Shown here: piece by piece, positions 39,443 through 49,160 of the stretch
Numbering within the stretch: the stretch's first letter is position 1
Layout: the number at the start of each line of letters is the position of its first letter
Assembly (NCBI GenBank): GCA_013696105.1
Contig: JACCZE010000230.1
Span: 1 to 58,472 of the forward strand
DNA length: 58,472 bases
Source: Planctomycetota bacterium
GTDB taxonomy: Bacteria; Planctomycetota; UBA11346
Reading direction: 5' to 3'
Made by a program: the position numbers and the translations under genes
The notes under the pieces: generated by a model
Seen by the model: the letters and a program-made list of their open reading frames with translations, nothing else
Databases searched by the model: none
Told to the model about the DNA's origin: nothing

Positions 39443-42319
39443 ATGGCAACCCATCGCATCGACATCGTCGCGGCCTCGCCAGCGACGGACCACCACCTGG
39501 CGCACGAAGCGAAACTGTTGGGGCTGGACCACATCCGGGATATCCGCCGCAGTCGCTATTACCTGGTGCAGGGGCAGGTGGACGTCCGCGCTGCGACCAG
39601 GCTGGCTGAGACCCTGCTCTGCGACCCCGTGATCGAGCGCGCCGTTCTGACACCGCCTCCGGTGCAGGGTCGTCGGGTCATCGAGGTCCAGCGCAAGACC
39701 GGGGTCATGGATCCCGTCGAAGCCTCGATCATCAAGGGCGCCGCCGATCTCGGCATCACGCTGACCCTGGTGCGGGTCGGTACCCGCGTCGAGCTGGCTG
39801 GCGGAAGCGACGACGATCTCGCGCGACTGGCCTGGAAGTCCCTCGCCAACCAGGCGATCGAAGAGGTCGCCATCGACCCGTCCGAACCGGTGCGCTTGAA
39901 GGCTCCCGGCGGCACCGACCGCCACCCGCGGACCGAGGTCGATATCGCCAAGCTCGACGATGCCGGATTGGTCGAGCTGTCGCGAGCCGGCACGCTCAGC
40001 CTCACCCTCGAGGAGATGCGCGCGATCCAGGAGCACTTCCGCGCCGCTGGACGCATACCCACCGACATCGAGCTTGAGTCCCTCGCCCAGACCTGGTCCG
40101 AGCATTGCGTGCACAAGACGCTCAAAGGCGTGGTCGAGTATACCGGACCGACGGGGGTCGACGGCCCGACCGCGACCATCGTCATCGACAACCTGCTCAA
40201 GCAGACCATCGCGCGCGCAACCACCGAGCTGGCTGCCCCCTGGTGCCTGTCGGTCTTCAAGGACAACAGCGGGGTCATCGCCTTCGATGACCACTACGGC
40301 GTCTGCATCAAGGTAGAAACCCACAACCGGCCATCGGCGATCGAGCCCTACGGCGGCGCGAACACCGGTCTAGGAGGGGTGGTCCGCGATGTCATCGGCA
40401 CCGGCGTCGGCGCCAAGCCCATCTTCAGCACCGACGTCTTCTGCTTCGGCGAGCTCGATGCGGATGCGGCCGATCTTCCGCCCGGCACCATCCACCCGCG
40501 GCGCCTGATGCGCGGCGTGGTGTCCGGAGTACGCGACTACGGCAATCGCATGGGCATCCCCACGGTCAACGGCGCGATCCGCTTCGATCGCCGGTTCGTC
40601 GGCAATCCCCTGGTCTTCTGCGGCACGGCCGGACTGATCCCGCGCGCGGCGGTCGAGAAGGCGGCACTGGTCGGCGACCACATCCTGGTGATCGGCGGCC
40701 GCACCGGTCGCGACGGCATCCATGGCGCGACCTTCAGCAGCGCCGAGCTGACCCACGAATCCGAAGTGGTGTCCAGCGGCGCGGTGCAGATCGGCAACGC
40801 CATCGAAGAGAAGAAGGTCCTCGACACCATGCTCCAGGCCCGCGATGCGGGCTGCTTCAGCGCCATCACCGACTGCGGCGCGGGCGGGCTATCGAGCGCC
40901 GTCGGCGAGATGGCGGGCGAACGCGGATGCCATGTCCACCTCGATCGCGTGCCGCTGAAGTACGCCGGACTGAGCTACACCGAGATCTGGATCAGCGAGT
41001 CGCAGGAGCGCATGGTCGCCGCGGTTCCCGAAGCGAAACTGAAGCAGGCCCTCGCGATCTTCGCCGCCGAAGGCGTGGATGCGACCGCGATCGGCATCGT
41101 CACGGATACCCACCGCCTGGAGCTGTTCTACCACGGTGAACAGGTCGGCGATCTCGCGATGCACTTCCTGCACGACGGCGTCCCGCGGCTCAAACGCACG
41201 GCGCGTTTCACGCCGCACGCCGAAGCCGACGCGCACCTGCCGCCGTGCGCGGACATCGCCGACGCGCTCGCGCGCGTGCTCTCGCGGCCGAATGTCGCAA
41301 GCAAGGAATGGGTGATCCGCCAGTACGACCACGAGGTCCAGGCGGGTTCGATCGTCAAGCCGCTGGTCGGTGCGACCCACGACGGACCCAGCGATGGCGC
41401 GGTGGTCGCTCCGCTGGTGGGGAATAACCGCGGGGTCGCGGTGGCCTGCGGCCTGAACACCAACTTCAGCGACTGGGACGCCTACCACGCCGCCGCAGCC
41501 GGCATCGAAGAAGCGCTGCGCAACCTGGTCTGCGTCGGCGCGCCGCTCGGGCAGGTGGCGATCCTCGACAATTTCAGCTGGGCCAAGTGCACGGATCCGG
41601 AAGTGTTCGGCGCGCTCGTGCGCGCGTGCCAGGCGTGCTACGACCTGGCGATGTACTTCGGTACGCCCTTCATCTCGGGCAAGGACAGCCTCTCGAACGA
41701 GTTCACCTACCACGGCCTCACCATCCGCATTCCGCATACGCTTCTGATCACCGCGATGACGGTGATGCCGGACATCGCCAAGTCGGTGACCATGGATGCG
41801 AAACGCGCGGGCGACTCGGTGATCCTCGTCGGCCGCACGCGCAACGAGCTCGGCGGCAGCGAGTACCTGGCGATGCTCGGCGTCCCCGGCGGCATCGTGC
41901 CCAAGCTCGATCGCGCCCTCTCGCTGCCGATGCTCGAGGCCGTATCGGCGTGCTGCCAGGCCGGCGTGGTCTCGGCCGCGCACGATTGCTCCGATGGCGG
42001 CCTCGGCGTCACCCTCGCCGAGATGGCGTTCTCCGGCGGCCTGGGCATGGACATCGACGCGGACCGCGCGCCTCGCGACGGCATCGCGCGACTCGATCAG
42101 CTGCTGTTCAGCGAATCCAACAGCCGCATCGTCATCACCGTCCCCGCAGCGCGACTGGCCGAGGCCGAGCGGCTGCTCGCGGATGTCCCGCATGCGGTCA
42201 TCGGGCAGGTCACCGCCGGGCCGCAGCTGGTGATCCGCGGCCTCGGTGGCGCCTGCCGCGCCCCGCTGGCGGATCTGAAGGCGGCGTGGCAGCGACCGTT
42301 GAGCATCATGGAGGGGTGA
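39443..42319 (+). CDS. purL: Phosphoribosylformylglycinamidine synthase subunit PurL with fused N-terminal PurS-like domains
   Basis: QTWSEHCVHK, KVETHNRPSAIEPYGGA, GGRTGRDGIHGA, DCGAGG, SESQERM, QYDHEV, FISGKDS, HDCSDGG; N-terminal LLCDPV and GVMDP PurS-like repeats; no PurQ domain. Confidence 0.95.
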   Translation: MATHRIDIVAASPATDHHLAHEAKLLGLDHIRDIRRSRYYLVQGQVDVRAATRLAETLLCDPVIERAVLTPPPVQGRRVIEVQRKTGVMDPVEASIIKGAADLGITLTLVRVGTRVELAGGSDDDLARLAWKSLANQAIEEVAIDPSEPVRLKAPGGTDRHPRTEVDIAKLDDAGLVELSRAGTLSLTLEEMRAIQEHFRAAGRIPTDIELESLAQTWSEHCVHKTLKGVVEYTGPTGVDGPTATIVIDNLLKQTIARATTELAAPWCLSVFKDNSGVIAFDDHYGVCIKVETHNRPSAIEPYGGANTGLGGVVRDVIGTGVGAKPIFSTDVFCFGELDADAADLPPGTIHPRRLMRGVVSGVRDYGNRMGIPTVNGAIRFDRRFVGNPLVFCGTAGLIPRAAVEKAALVGDHILVIGGRTGRDGIHGATFSSAELTHESEVVSSGAVQIGNAIEEKKVLDTMLQARDAGCFSAITDCGAGGLSSAVGEMAGERGCHVHLDRVPLKYAGLSYTEIWISESQERMVAAVPEAKLKQALAIFAAEGVDATAIGIVTDTHRLELFYHGEQVGDLAMHFLHDGVPRLKRTARFTPHAEADAHLPPCADIADALARVLSRPNVASKEWVIRQYDHEVQAGSIVKPLVGATHDGPSDGAVVAPLVGNNRGVAVACGLNTNFSDWDAYHAAAAGIEEALRNLVCVGAPLGQVAILDNFSWAKCTDPEVFGALVRACQACYDLAMYFGTPFISGKDSLSNEFTYHGLTIRIPHTLLITAMTVMPDIAKSVTMDAKRAGDSVILVGRTRNELGGSEYLAMLGVPGGIVPKLDRALSLPMLEAVSACCQAGVVSAAHDCSDGGLGVTLAEMAFSGGLGMDIDADRAPRDGIARLDQLLFSESNSRIVITVPAARLAEAERLLADVPHAVIGQVTAGPQLVIRGLGGACRAPLADLKAAWQRPLSIMEG

Positions 42320-42384
42320 GGCCGCTCGCAGGGGGCCAGTCGCCTGGTTGCAGTAAGGGACCCGGACCCACACTGCTGCCCCCC

Positions 42385-43893
42385 ATGCTGGCCTTCTATC
42401 TCATCGCAGCCGCCGTGCTGCTGCTCCTGAACGCATTCTTCGTGCTCGCCGAATTCGCCGCGGTCAAGGTGCGCGGTTCCAAGATCGAGGAGATGGTCAA
42501 CCAGGGCAACGCCCGCGCCAAGCTCGTCCAGCACATCAACGAGAACCTCGACGAGTACCTGTCGGTCTGCCAGGTGGGCATCACCTTCGCCTCGATCGCG
42601 CTCGGCTTCGTCGGCGAGCCGATGGCGAAGATGCTGATCCAGCCGATGGTCGAAAACGTCGCGGGCGCCTACTCCGAACAGGTTTCGCACACCATCGCCA
42701 CCGTCATCGGCGTCTTCATCGTCTCGGCGATCCACATCCTCTTCGGCGAACAGATCCCCAAGCTCATCGCGCTGCGCCTGTCCGAACGCGCGGCGACCTG
42801 GACGGCCGTGCCCTTGCGCGTCTCGCGCGCGATCTTCTTCGTCCCGCTCTGGCTGCTCAACGGCGCCTCGCAGCTGATCCTGCGCGTGTTCGGCCTGCAC
42901 AAGACCGGCGAGGGCGAGGAGCATTCCGAGGACGAGCTGCGCATCATCCTCGACCGCTCGCAATCGACCGGCGTGATGTCGTTCCGCCGGCTGCTGTTCA
43001 TGGAGAACATCTTCGAGCTCGGCGAGTTGAAGGTCGTCGACGCCATGCGCCGCCGTACGAGCGTGCGTTTTCTCCACCAGCATGCGCCCTGGGACATGAA
43101 TCTCGAGGTGCTGCGCAGCTACCGCTATTCCCGGTTCCCGCTCTTGGACAATGAGCACGCCGAGAAGCCATTCGGCATCATCCACGTGAAGGATCTGCTC
43201 CTGCAGCCGGCGGCGGAGCCCGATCTGGAGAAGCTCGCCCGGCCCTACCTGATCACCTCCGAGTCCACTCCGCTCGAGAACCTGCTCGCGGACATGCAGC
43301 GCCGGCGCACCCACGTCGCCATCGTCATCGGTGCCGAGGGGGTTTGGACCGGCTTCATCACCATGGAAGACATCATCGAGGAGATCATCGGCACGGTGAC
43401 TGACGAATTCGAGGCCGATGCTCCGATAGAACTCGGCGATGTCATCACCACCGGGCGCATCGTGCTCGGAGTCGAAGCGAAGACCCTAGCGGCGGCGATC
43501 CGCATCGCGCTCGGCCGGATCCCGGTCGGAGACCTCGGCCAGGATACCGAGACCGTGATCAAGGCGGTGCTCGAACGCGAGCGCATCGCCGGTACCTACC
43601 TGGGCAAGGGGGTCGCCCTGCCGCACGCGCGTATTCCCGGGCTCCCCAAGCCGATCCTGCTCTTCATCCGCTCCGACGAAGGCATCCCGGTGGAGGGCAC
43701 CAGCGAGCGCGCGAATCTCCTGTTCGTCCTGCTGACGCCCGCGGGCATGGCCCGTGTCCATCAACGCCTGCAGGCGCGCATCGCCGGGATCCTCGAGAAC
43801 AGCGAGTACGTCGAAGACCGCCTGCGCAACGCCGAGACCCCGGCCGAGGTGCTGGATGTCATCCGTACGGGTGAGCAGGCCAGCCTCGACTGA
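42385..43893 (+). CDS. CNNM/CorB-family (DUF21 + CBS pair) transporter with a C-terminal PTS EIIA domain
   Basis: NAFFVLAEFA, CQVGIT, GEQIPK, YSRFP, GIIHVKDL, GFITMEDIIEEIIG; then VLERERIAGTYLGKGVALPHAR. Confidence 0.88.
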   Translation: MLAFYLIAAAVLLLLNAFFVLAEFAAVKVRGSKIEEMVNQGNARAKLVQHINENLDEYLSVCQVGITFASIALGFVGEPMAKMLIQPMVENVAGAYSEQVSHTIATVIGVFIVSAIHILFGEQIPKLIALRLSERAATWTAVPLRVSRAIFFVPLWLLNGASQLILRVFGLHKTGEGEEHSEDELRIILDRSQSTGVMSFRRLLFMENIFELGELKVVDAMRRRTSVRFLHQHAPWDMNLEVLRSYRYSRFPLLDNEHAEKPFGIIHVKDLLLQPAAEPDLEKLARPYLITSESTPLENLLADMQRRRTHVAIVIGAEGVWTGFITMEDIIEEIIGTVTDEFEADAPIELGDVITTGRIVLGVEAKTLAAAIRIALGRIPVGDLGQDTETVIKAVLERERIAGTYLGKGVALPHARIPGLPKPILLFIRSDEGIPVEGTSERANLLFVLLTPAGMARVHQRLQARIAGILENSEYVEDRLRNAETPAEVLDVIRTGEQASLD

Positions 43894-43948
43894 CGACGGC
43901 TCAGCATGCACGCGCTTGCTCGCATCGCCCACCATCGACACTGGTGGG

Positions 43949-44485
43949 ATGCCCCAGTTCGGCGGTGAGACCGTCATCTCGAAGGACGTCAAGCTGATCC
44001 TCATGGATTGCTTCGAGACTCTCGTCGAGCTCGATGACCGGCGCTACGTGCCCAGGCAGGGCATCGGCGATTTCCTGCGCCATTTCGTCCGCGATGCCAA
44101 GGTGCCCGTGGTGGTGGTCAGCGACGCCGGCGAGGACCTGCTGAAAGCAGCCTTGGCTCAGGCCAATCTGCGTCATCTCATCACCGCCATCTACCATGCC
44201 GGCAATGCATCAGAGCCGTTGGACGGCGGCCGCACGCGCAAACGCCTCGATGTGCCGTTGCGCGACTTCAAGGTCCAGGCGGCAGACGCCGTCTTCATCG
44301 GCGACAGCCCGCTCGACGCGCAAGCCGCCCAACACCACGGCGTGCCCTTCATCCGCGTGCCGCGCAGCGAGGACGCGATGTTCAGCTTCACCACCCTGGT
44401 GACCGGTCCGAGCCGCTATCGCAGTGTGGACTTCTCGAACGTCCTGGAGGAGCGCTATCGCAAGGAACCCGAGAAGGAGGAATGA
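43949..44485 (+). CDS. HAD-superfamily hydrolase
   Basis: LILMDCFETL (motif I), VVVVSD, AVFIGDSPLDAQAA. Confidence 0.8.
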   Translation: MPQFGGETVISKDVKLILMDCFETLVELDDRRYVPRQGIGDFLRHFVRDAKVPVVVVSDAGEDLLKAALAQANLRHLITAIYHAGNASEPLDGGRTRKRLDVPLRDFKVQAADAVFIGDSPLDAQAAQHHGVPFIRVPRSEDAMFSFTTLVTGPSRYRSVDFSNVLEERYRKEPEKEE

Positions 44486-44780
44486 GGACAGGGGTGCTCC
44501 GTCCTCCGTCCTCCGTGCTCCGTCTCCTTTGAATTCGTCCTTCGCGCCGATACCCATCAACGAGACCGGCCTCCGACCCCGAGACGGAGGACGGAGGACC
44601 GAGCACGGAGCACGTTCCCCGTAGGAGTTACCGAGGACAGCGAGTCTCCGGGTTCTCCGTGCTCCGTCTCCTTTGAGTTCGTCCTTCGCGCCGATACCCA
44701 TCAACGAGACCGGCCTCCGACCACGAGACGGAGGACGGAGGACCGAGCACGGAGCACGGTCCCTCCAGCACGGAGCACGT
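44485..44780. repeat. Tandem duplication of a 104-bp MITE-like unit with heptamer-repeat terminal inverted repeats
   Basis: 44511-44614 and 44655-44758 are identical except at 2 positions; each starts CTCCGTGCTC and has GAGCACGGAG near its end. Confidence 0.88.
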
Positions 44781-44831
44781 ATCCCCCAGGCCCTCCCTTC
44801 CCTTGCGCGAACCACCATCGATTCTCGCCCC

Positions 44832-45479
44832 ATGGCCTTCGCGGTGCATCCGATCCCGACCTGCCTGATCCAGTCCGTCGGCATGCTCATCCTGCGTCCG
44901 CTGGTGCTGTTCACCTTCCGCACCAGGGTCAGGCGCGCGCGCGGTTCGGACGCGACGCCCTGCGTGTACGCGGCGAACCACCGCAGCTTCTTCGACCCGC
45001 CGTTCGTCGGCATGTGGGTGCGCGAACCGTTGTCGTATTTCGCGCGCGGGGACCTCTGGAAGAACCACTTCTTCCGCTTCATCCTCGGGATGATGCACGG
45101 CATCCCGGTCGATCGGGAGCATCCCGGCATGTCGAGCATGAAGGGGGCGGTGGAGCGTCTGCGCTCGGGCATCTCCGTCCTGGTGTTCCCGGAAGGCACG
45201 CGCACGCGATCGGGCAGGGTGGGTCCGATGCGCGACGGCCCTGCGCTGTTCGCCCGCCGCGCCGGTGTCCCCGTGGTGCCGGTCTACGTCCATCGTACCG
45301 AGTTCTGCTGGCCGCGCGGAGGGGTGGTGCCGCGGCTGTCCGGCGGCCGGCTCGAGATCCGTTTCGGATCGCCGCTCATCGCTCCGCGGCGATTGCCTCC
45401 ACGTGAACAGGACGCCTGGGTGACCCGGCGGCTCCAACGCTGGATGCTCGCGCAGGAACGCGACCTCTACCGCTCGTGA
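44832..45479 (+). CDS. plsC: 1-acyl-sn-glycerol-3-phosphate acyltransferase
   Basis: ANHRSFFD (HX4D), PVDR, VFPEGTRT, VPVVPV. Confidence 0.9.
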   Translation: MAFAVHPIPTCLIQSVGMLILRPLVLFTFRTRVRRARGSDATPCVYAANHRSFFDPPFVGMWVREPLSYFARGDLWKNHFFRFILGMMHGIPVDREHPGMSSMKGAVERLRSGISVLVFPEGTRTRSGRVGPMRDGPALFARRAGVPVVPVYVHRTEFCWPRGGVVPRLSGGRLEIRFGSPLIAPRRLPPREQDAWVTRRLQRWMLAQERDLYRS

Positions 45480-45525
45480 TCGGCTCTGGCGTTGCACTGC
45501 CTGCTGCGCGAGGACACTGCGCGCG

Positions 45526-47100
45526 ATGGACTCCACCGCCCCCCGACCCGTCGATTACGAGGCTCGCCTCCCCGAGGGTCAGCGGTGGCTGAACCGCACC
45601 TGCGAGAACTGGATCTTCGCGTTCCTGGTCGCGATGGCGATCCGCCATTTCGTGATCGAAGCTTTCCGCATCCCCACCGGATCGATGGAGCCGATGCTCT
45701 ACGGCGACCCCGGCTTCCTGAAGGGGGACCATGTCGTCGTCGACAAGTTCTTCGTGCGCTTCACCGGCGTCGATCGCTGGGACGTCACCGTGTTCCAGTT
45801 TCCCCAGCCCGAGATCGAGGGTAGCAACAACGACGCGCGTCCCGCCGTGGCCGCGGACGGCAAGCGGCTCGACAAGCCCTTGATCAAGCCGCTGATGTAT
45901 CGGAATTTCGTCAAGCGCTGCGTCATCCTGCCAGGAGACACCTTCTTCATCGCGAACGGGAACGTGTACCTCAAGCAGGGCGATGGTTTCCAGGTGGCTC
46001 GCAAGCCGCCGAAAGTCCAGGAAGCGTTGTGGCATGAAGTCTATCGCTCCGGCGCGCAGGCCGGTCACCTGCCCTGGAATGGGAGCGGCGGCAGCACCGT
46101 GGCCGCTCGTGACGGGAGCGCGATCGACCTCACGCTCGTCCCGGGTGGCTCGGTCGCCTTCACCCAGCCGTTCCGCAACCTCTACGTGAAGCCCGGGGCG
46201 GTGCGCGTGAAGCGCCTGCCATCGACCGATGACGGCATGGTGGTCGATGTCGCGATGACCCGTCCGCAGTTCACCTACGATCGTGGTGTGATCGGCAACA
46301 TCTGGGACCTCGATCACTGGGAGGTGCAGCGCCTGACCAGCGCGGACCTGGATAACGGCGGGTACGGCACCCAGCTGAACCACTATCAGAAGGAGTGGGT
46401 CGGCGATGTCCGTATCACCGCGCGCATCGCTGCGCTCACCGGTGCGTGCGATCTCATCCTCCGTCATGGCCGCAAGCTCGGCGGACGGCTGCATGTCACC
46501 CAGAACGGCTGGTCCCTCCACGGCACCGATGAACTCGCATCCGAGAAGCCGCTCGCGCAGGGGGCCGACCAGCTCGTCGGTCATGCGGTGTCGATCATCC
46601 ATCTCGACGACCGGCTCGTCGTCGCCGTCGATGGGATGGAGAAGGCCCAGGTCGACGTACCCCAGGTCGACCCCAATCGCCTGCGCACCGAGTTCGCGGT
46701 CGAAGGTGAGGGCTCTCTTTCCCTGGCCGAGGTGACCGTCGAGCGCGACATCCATTACACCAGCAGCTGGGTCCTGACCAATGCCGTGGACGAGAGGCGG
46801 TCGTTCGAAGCCAAGCTCGCCAGCGATCGCCTATCGAGCGAGGAGCGCGACAAGCAGCAGAGCAGACTCGATGACATCGGCCGGATCCGGCTGCAGTTCA
46901 AGGCCAATGATGACGTGTCCGCCTGGGGATGCAGCCCCGAGACCGCGGTCACCGCGCCGAAAGGCGCCTACCTGATGCTCGGCGACAACAGTCCCACGAG
47001 CTGGGATGGACGCGCCTGGGGGTGGGTCCCGGAAGTGAATCTGCGCGGGCATGCCATCGCTGTCGTCCTGCCGCCCAATCGTTGGCGGGTGGTGAAATGA
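45526..47100 (+). CDS. lepB: Signal peptidase I with a large internal insertion
   Basis: EAFRIPTGSMEP (Ser), NFVKRC (Lys), YLMLGDNSPTSWDGRAWG. Confidence 0.92.
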   Translation: MDSTAPRPVDYEARLPEGQRWLNRTCENWIFAFLVAMAIRHFVIEAFRIPTGSMEPMLYGDPGFLKGDHVVVDKFFVRFTGVDRWDVTVFQFPQPEIEGSNNDARPAVAADGKRLDKPLIKPLMYRNFVKRCVILPGDTFFIANGNVYLKQGDGFQVARKPPKVQEALWHEVYRSGAQAGHLPWNGSGGSTVAARDGSAIDLTLVPGGSVAFTQPFRNLYVKPGAVRVKRLPSTDDGMVVDVAMTRPQFTYDRGVIGNIWDLDHWEVQRLTSADLDNGGYGTQLNHYQKEWVGDVRITARIAALTGACDLILRHGRKLGGRLHVTQNGWSLHGTDELASEKPLAQGADQLVGHAVSIIHLDDRLVVAVDGMEKAQVDVPQVDPNRLRTEFAVEGEGSLSLAEVTVERDIHYTSSWVLTNAVDERRSFEAKLASDRLSSEERDKQQSRLDDIGRIRLQFKANDDVSAWGCSPETAVTAPKGAYLMLGDNSPTSWDGRAWGWVPEVNLRGHAIAVVLPPNRWRVVK

Positions 47101-47331
47101 CCCGAACGGCTGCCCTCACCGGTTTCCCCCCGGTTCTCCACCATGAGATGCAATTGAAACAGCTTCTCGCGGCGTGTTACGTTTGTTCGGGGGAGATATC
47201 CCCAAGGCCCTGTAAATACAGCATAAGATGAGTTATTACCCATATATAGGGCTTGAATCAGGGGCTCGGTCCCGGGTCTTCACGCCTGCGCGCGATCGCA
47301 GCGATGCTCGTGGACCCTCGAGTTCTCCACA

Positions 47332-48051
47332 ATGAATCTGTTTTCAGTGAACGGATTGTCAAAAAGGTTCGGGAACCGCTTCGTGGTCTCCGGATTCAAC
47401 ATGTGGGTGAATCCCGGCGAGATCGTCGGCCTGCTCGGCGCGAATGGGGCCGGCAAGAGCACCACCTTCCGGATGGTCGTCGGCTTGTTGCGGCCGGACG
47501 CCGGTTCCATCCATTTCGATGGGCGCGACGTGACGCGCATGCCGATGTACGCGCGCGCTCGGCTGGGGATGGGCTATCTCGCCCAAGAGCCCACGGTCTT
47601 CTCGCAGCTCTCGGTCGCCGACAACGTGCGCATCATCCTCGAGCAGCACTATCCGCGGTCGGAACATGCCAAGCGCGTCGATCAGCTGCTGAACGAACTC
47701 GGTCTGAACCACTTGCGCGACAATCTCGCTCGCGGCCTCTCGGGCGGGGAACGTCGCCGCCTCGAGATCACCCGGGCCCTCGTGGTCGAGCCCAAGCTGC
47801 TGTTCTTCGATGAGCCGTTCGCTGGCGTCGACCCCAAGAGCCGCGCCGATATCACGGCGATCATCCACTCCCTGCGCAAACGGGGCGTGGCGGTGCTGAT
47901 CACCGACCATCATGCGGAAGCCATCCTCGGCATGGTCGACCGCCTCTACGTGATGAAGGCCGGCAGCAACCTCGCCGAGGGCTCCCCGACCGAGATCGTG
48001 GCCAATCAGTCGGTGCGCCAAGAGTACCTGGGCGAGCATTTCCGCCTATGA
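47332..48051 (+). CDS. lptB: LPS export ABC transporter ATP-binding protein
   Basis: GLLGANGAGKST, MPMYARARLGMGYLAQEP, LSGGERRRLEITRAL, DEPFAGVDP, LITDH, VRQEYLGE.F. Confidence 0.93.
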   Translation: MNLFSVNGLSKRFGNRFVVSGFNMWVNPGEIVGLLGANGAGKSTTFRMVVGLLRPDAGSIHFDGRDVTRMPMYARARLGMGYLAQEPTVFSQLSVADNVRIILEQHYPRSEHAKRVDQLLNELGLNHLRDNLARGLSGGERRRLEITRALVVEPKLLFFDEPFAGVDPKSRADITAIIHSLRKRGVAVLITDHHAEAILGMVDRLYVMKAGSNLAEGSPTEIVANQSVRQEYLGEHFRL

Positions 48052-48124
48052 ATCCCCGTCTGATTCCGCGCAATGAGAGCCATGCCCGCTCGCTACCGCC
48101 CCGGGATCGCAGCGCGAGGCGCTC

Positions 48125-49066
48125 ATGGCTGCGTTGACCTCGGCGCGCGTCCACGCCATCGTCAGCGAGAGCGCGCGGCTGCGCGACGAGGCTCTGGCTG
48201 AGATCTGCGCCGACTGGACCGGGCCGGTCAAGCGCTCGAGCGAACCGGCCGATCTGCAGACCCTCCTCCTGGACCTCGATACGCCGTCGCTCTTCGACCC
48301 GCCGGCGCTGTGGATGGTGCGCGCAGACGACAAGTATCTCAAGCGGCACAACGAACTGCTCGCCGACGCGGTCGCGAAGCCGGTCGCCAATGGCGTGCTG
48401 CTGCTGGTCGCCAGCGCCCTGGATGGCAAGTCCAAGCTCGCGAAGGCGCTGACCGCCCGCGAGGTCCTGTACCTGCCTGGCAGCCCGGGTCCCAAAGACG
48501 TCGGCGAGTGGCTGACGGGTCGGTTGGCCGGTGTTCCCCATGGCGTCGAACGTCCGCGCGAGGTGGCCCATGAGCTCATCGAGCATGTCGGACCTGATAT
48601 CGATGCGCTGCTGGCGACGGTGGATACCGCCGTGCTGTATTGCTGGGGGACGCCGCTGACGGTGGAAGCCGTCCGCGCGGTCACCGACGGGACCGCCGAG
48701 CGTCCGATCTACGAATTCACGGCCGCCGTGCTCGAAGGTCAGGCGTCGCGGGCCATCAGCCTCCTGCATGCAGGCGGGGGGATCGGAGCCCAGCAGGCCC
48801 TATCGGCCTTGACTTCGGAGGCGCGCAAGCTGATCGCCTGCTGCGACACCAGCGATGACGCCGAGGCCGCGGCGTGGGCGGGCATGCGGGGTCGGTCGAA
48901 CCTCTATTATGCGCGAAAACGCGCCCGCGATCTCGGCAAGGCCACCCTGTCCCGGCTGCTCCATGGCATGATCCTGGCCCAACGCCAGTTGCGCCAGTCC
49001 GGCCACGACCCCGACACCACCCTCGAGGTCTTCGCCCTGAACGCCCAACGGGTGATCAGGCGATGA
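48125..49066 (+). CDS. holA: DNA polymerase III delta subunit
   Basis: LDTPSLF, and LTVEAVRAV...IYEFTAAV motifs; size 313 aa; divergent sequence. Confidence 0.75.
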   Translation: MAALTSARVHAIVSESARLRDEALAEICADWTGPVKRSSEPADLQTLLLDLDTPSLFDPPALWMVRADDKYLKRHNELLADAVAKPVANGVLLLVASALDGKSKLAKALTAREVLYLPGSPGPKDVGEWLTGRLAGVPHGVERPREVAHELIEHVGPDIDALLATVDTAVLYCWGTPLTVEAVRAVTDGTAERPIYEFTAAVLEGQASRAISLLHAGGGIGAQQALSALTSEARKLIACCDTSDDAEAAAWAGMRGRSNLYYARKRARDLGKATLSRLLHGMILAQRQLRQSGHDPDTTLEVFALNAQRVIRR

Positions 49067-49160
49067 GCCGGGTGTCACTCAATCGCGGAGATCGTTCGCC
49101 GGATACCCCTAGAGATCGCGATGTCGCAAGTACGCTTTCGGTCGCTCGAGGGTTCGCGGC

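Noticed and set aside
40321-40335. PurL HNRPS instead of HNHPS as an inactivating change
   Set aside because: The key WSEH His and the first His of the motif are intact; a single substitution is not enough to call loss of function.
44485-44780. CRISPR array
   Set aside because: Only two long units with identical internal sequence, no unique spacers, and no cas genes.
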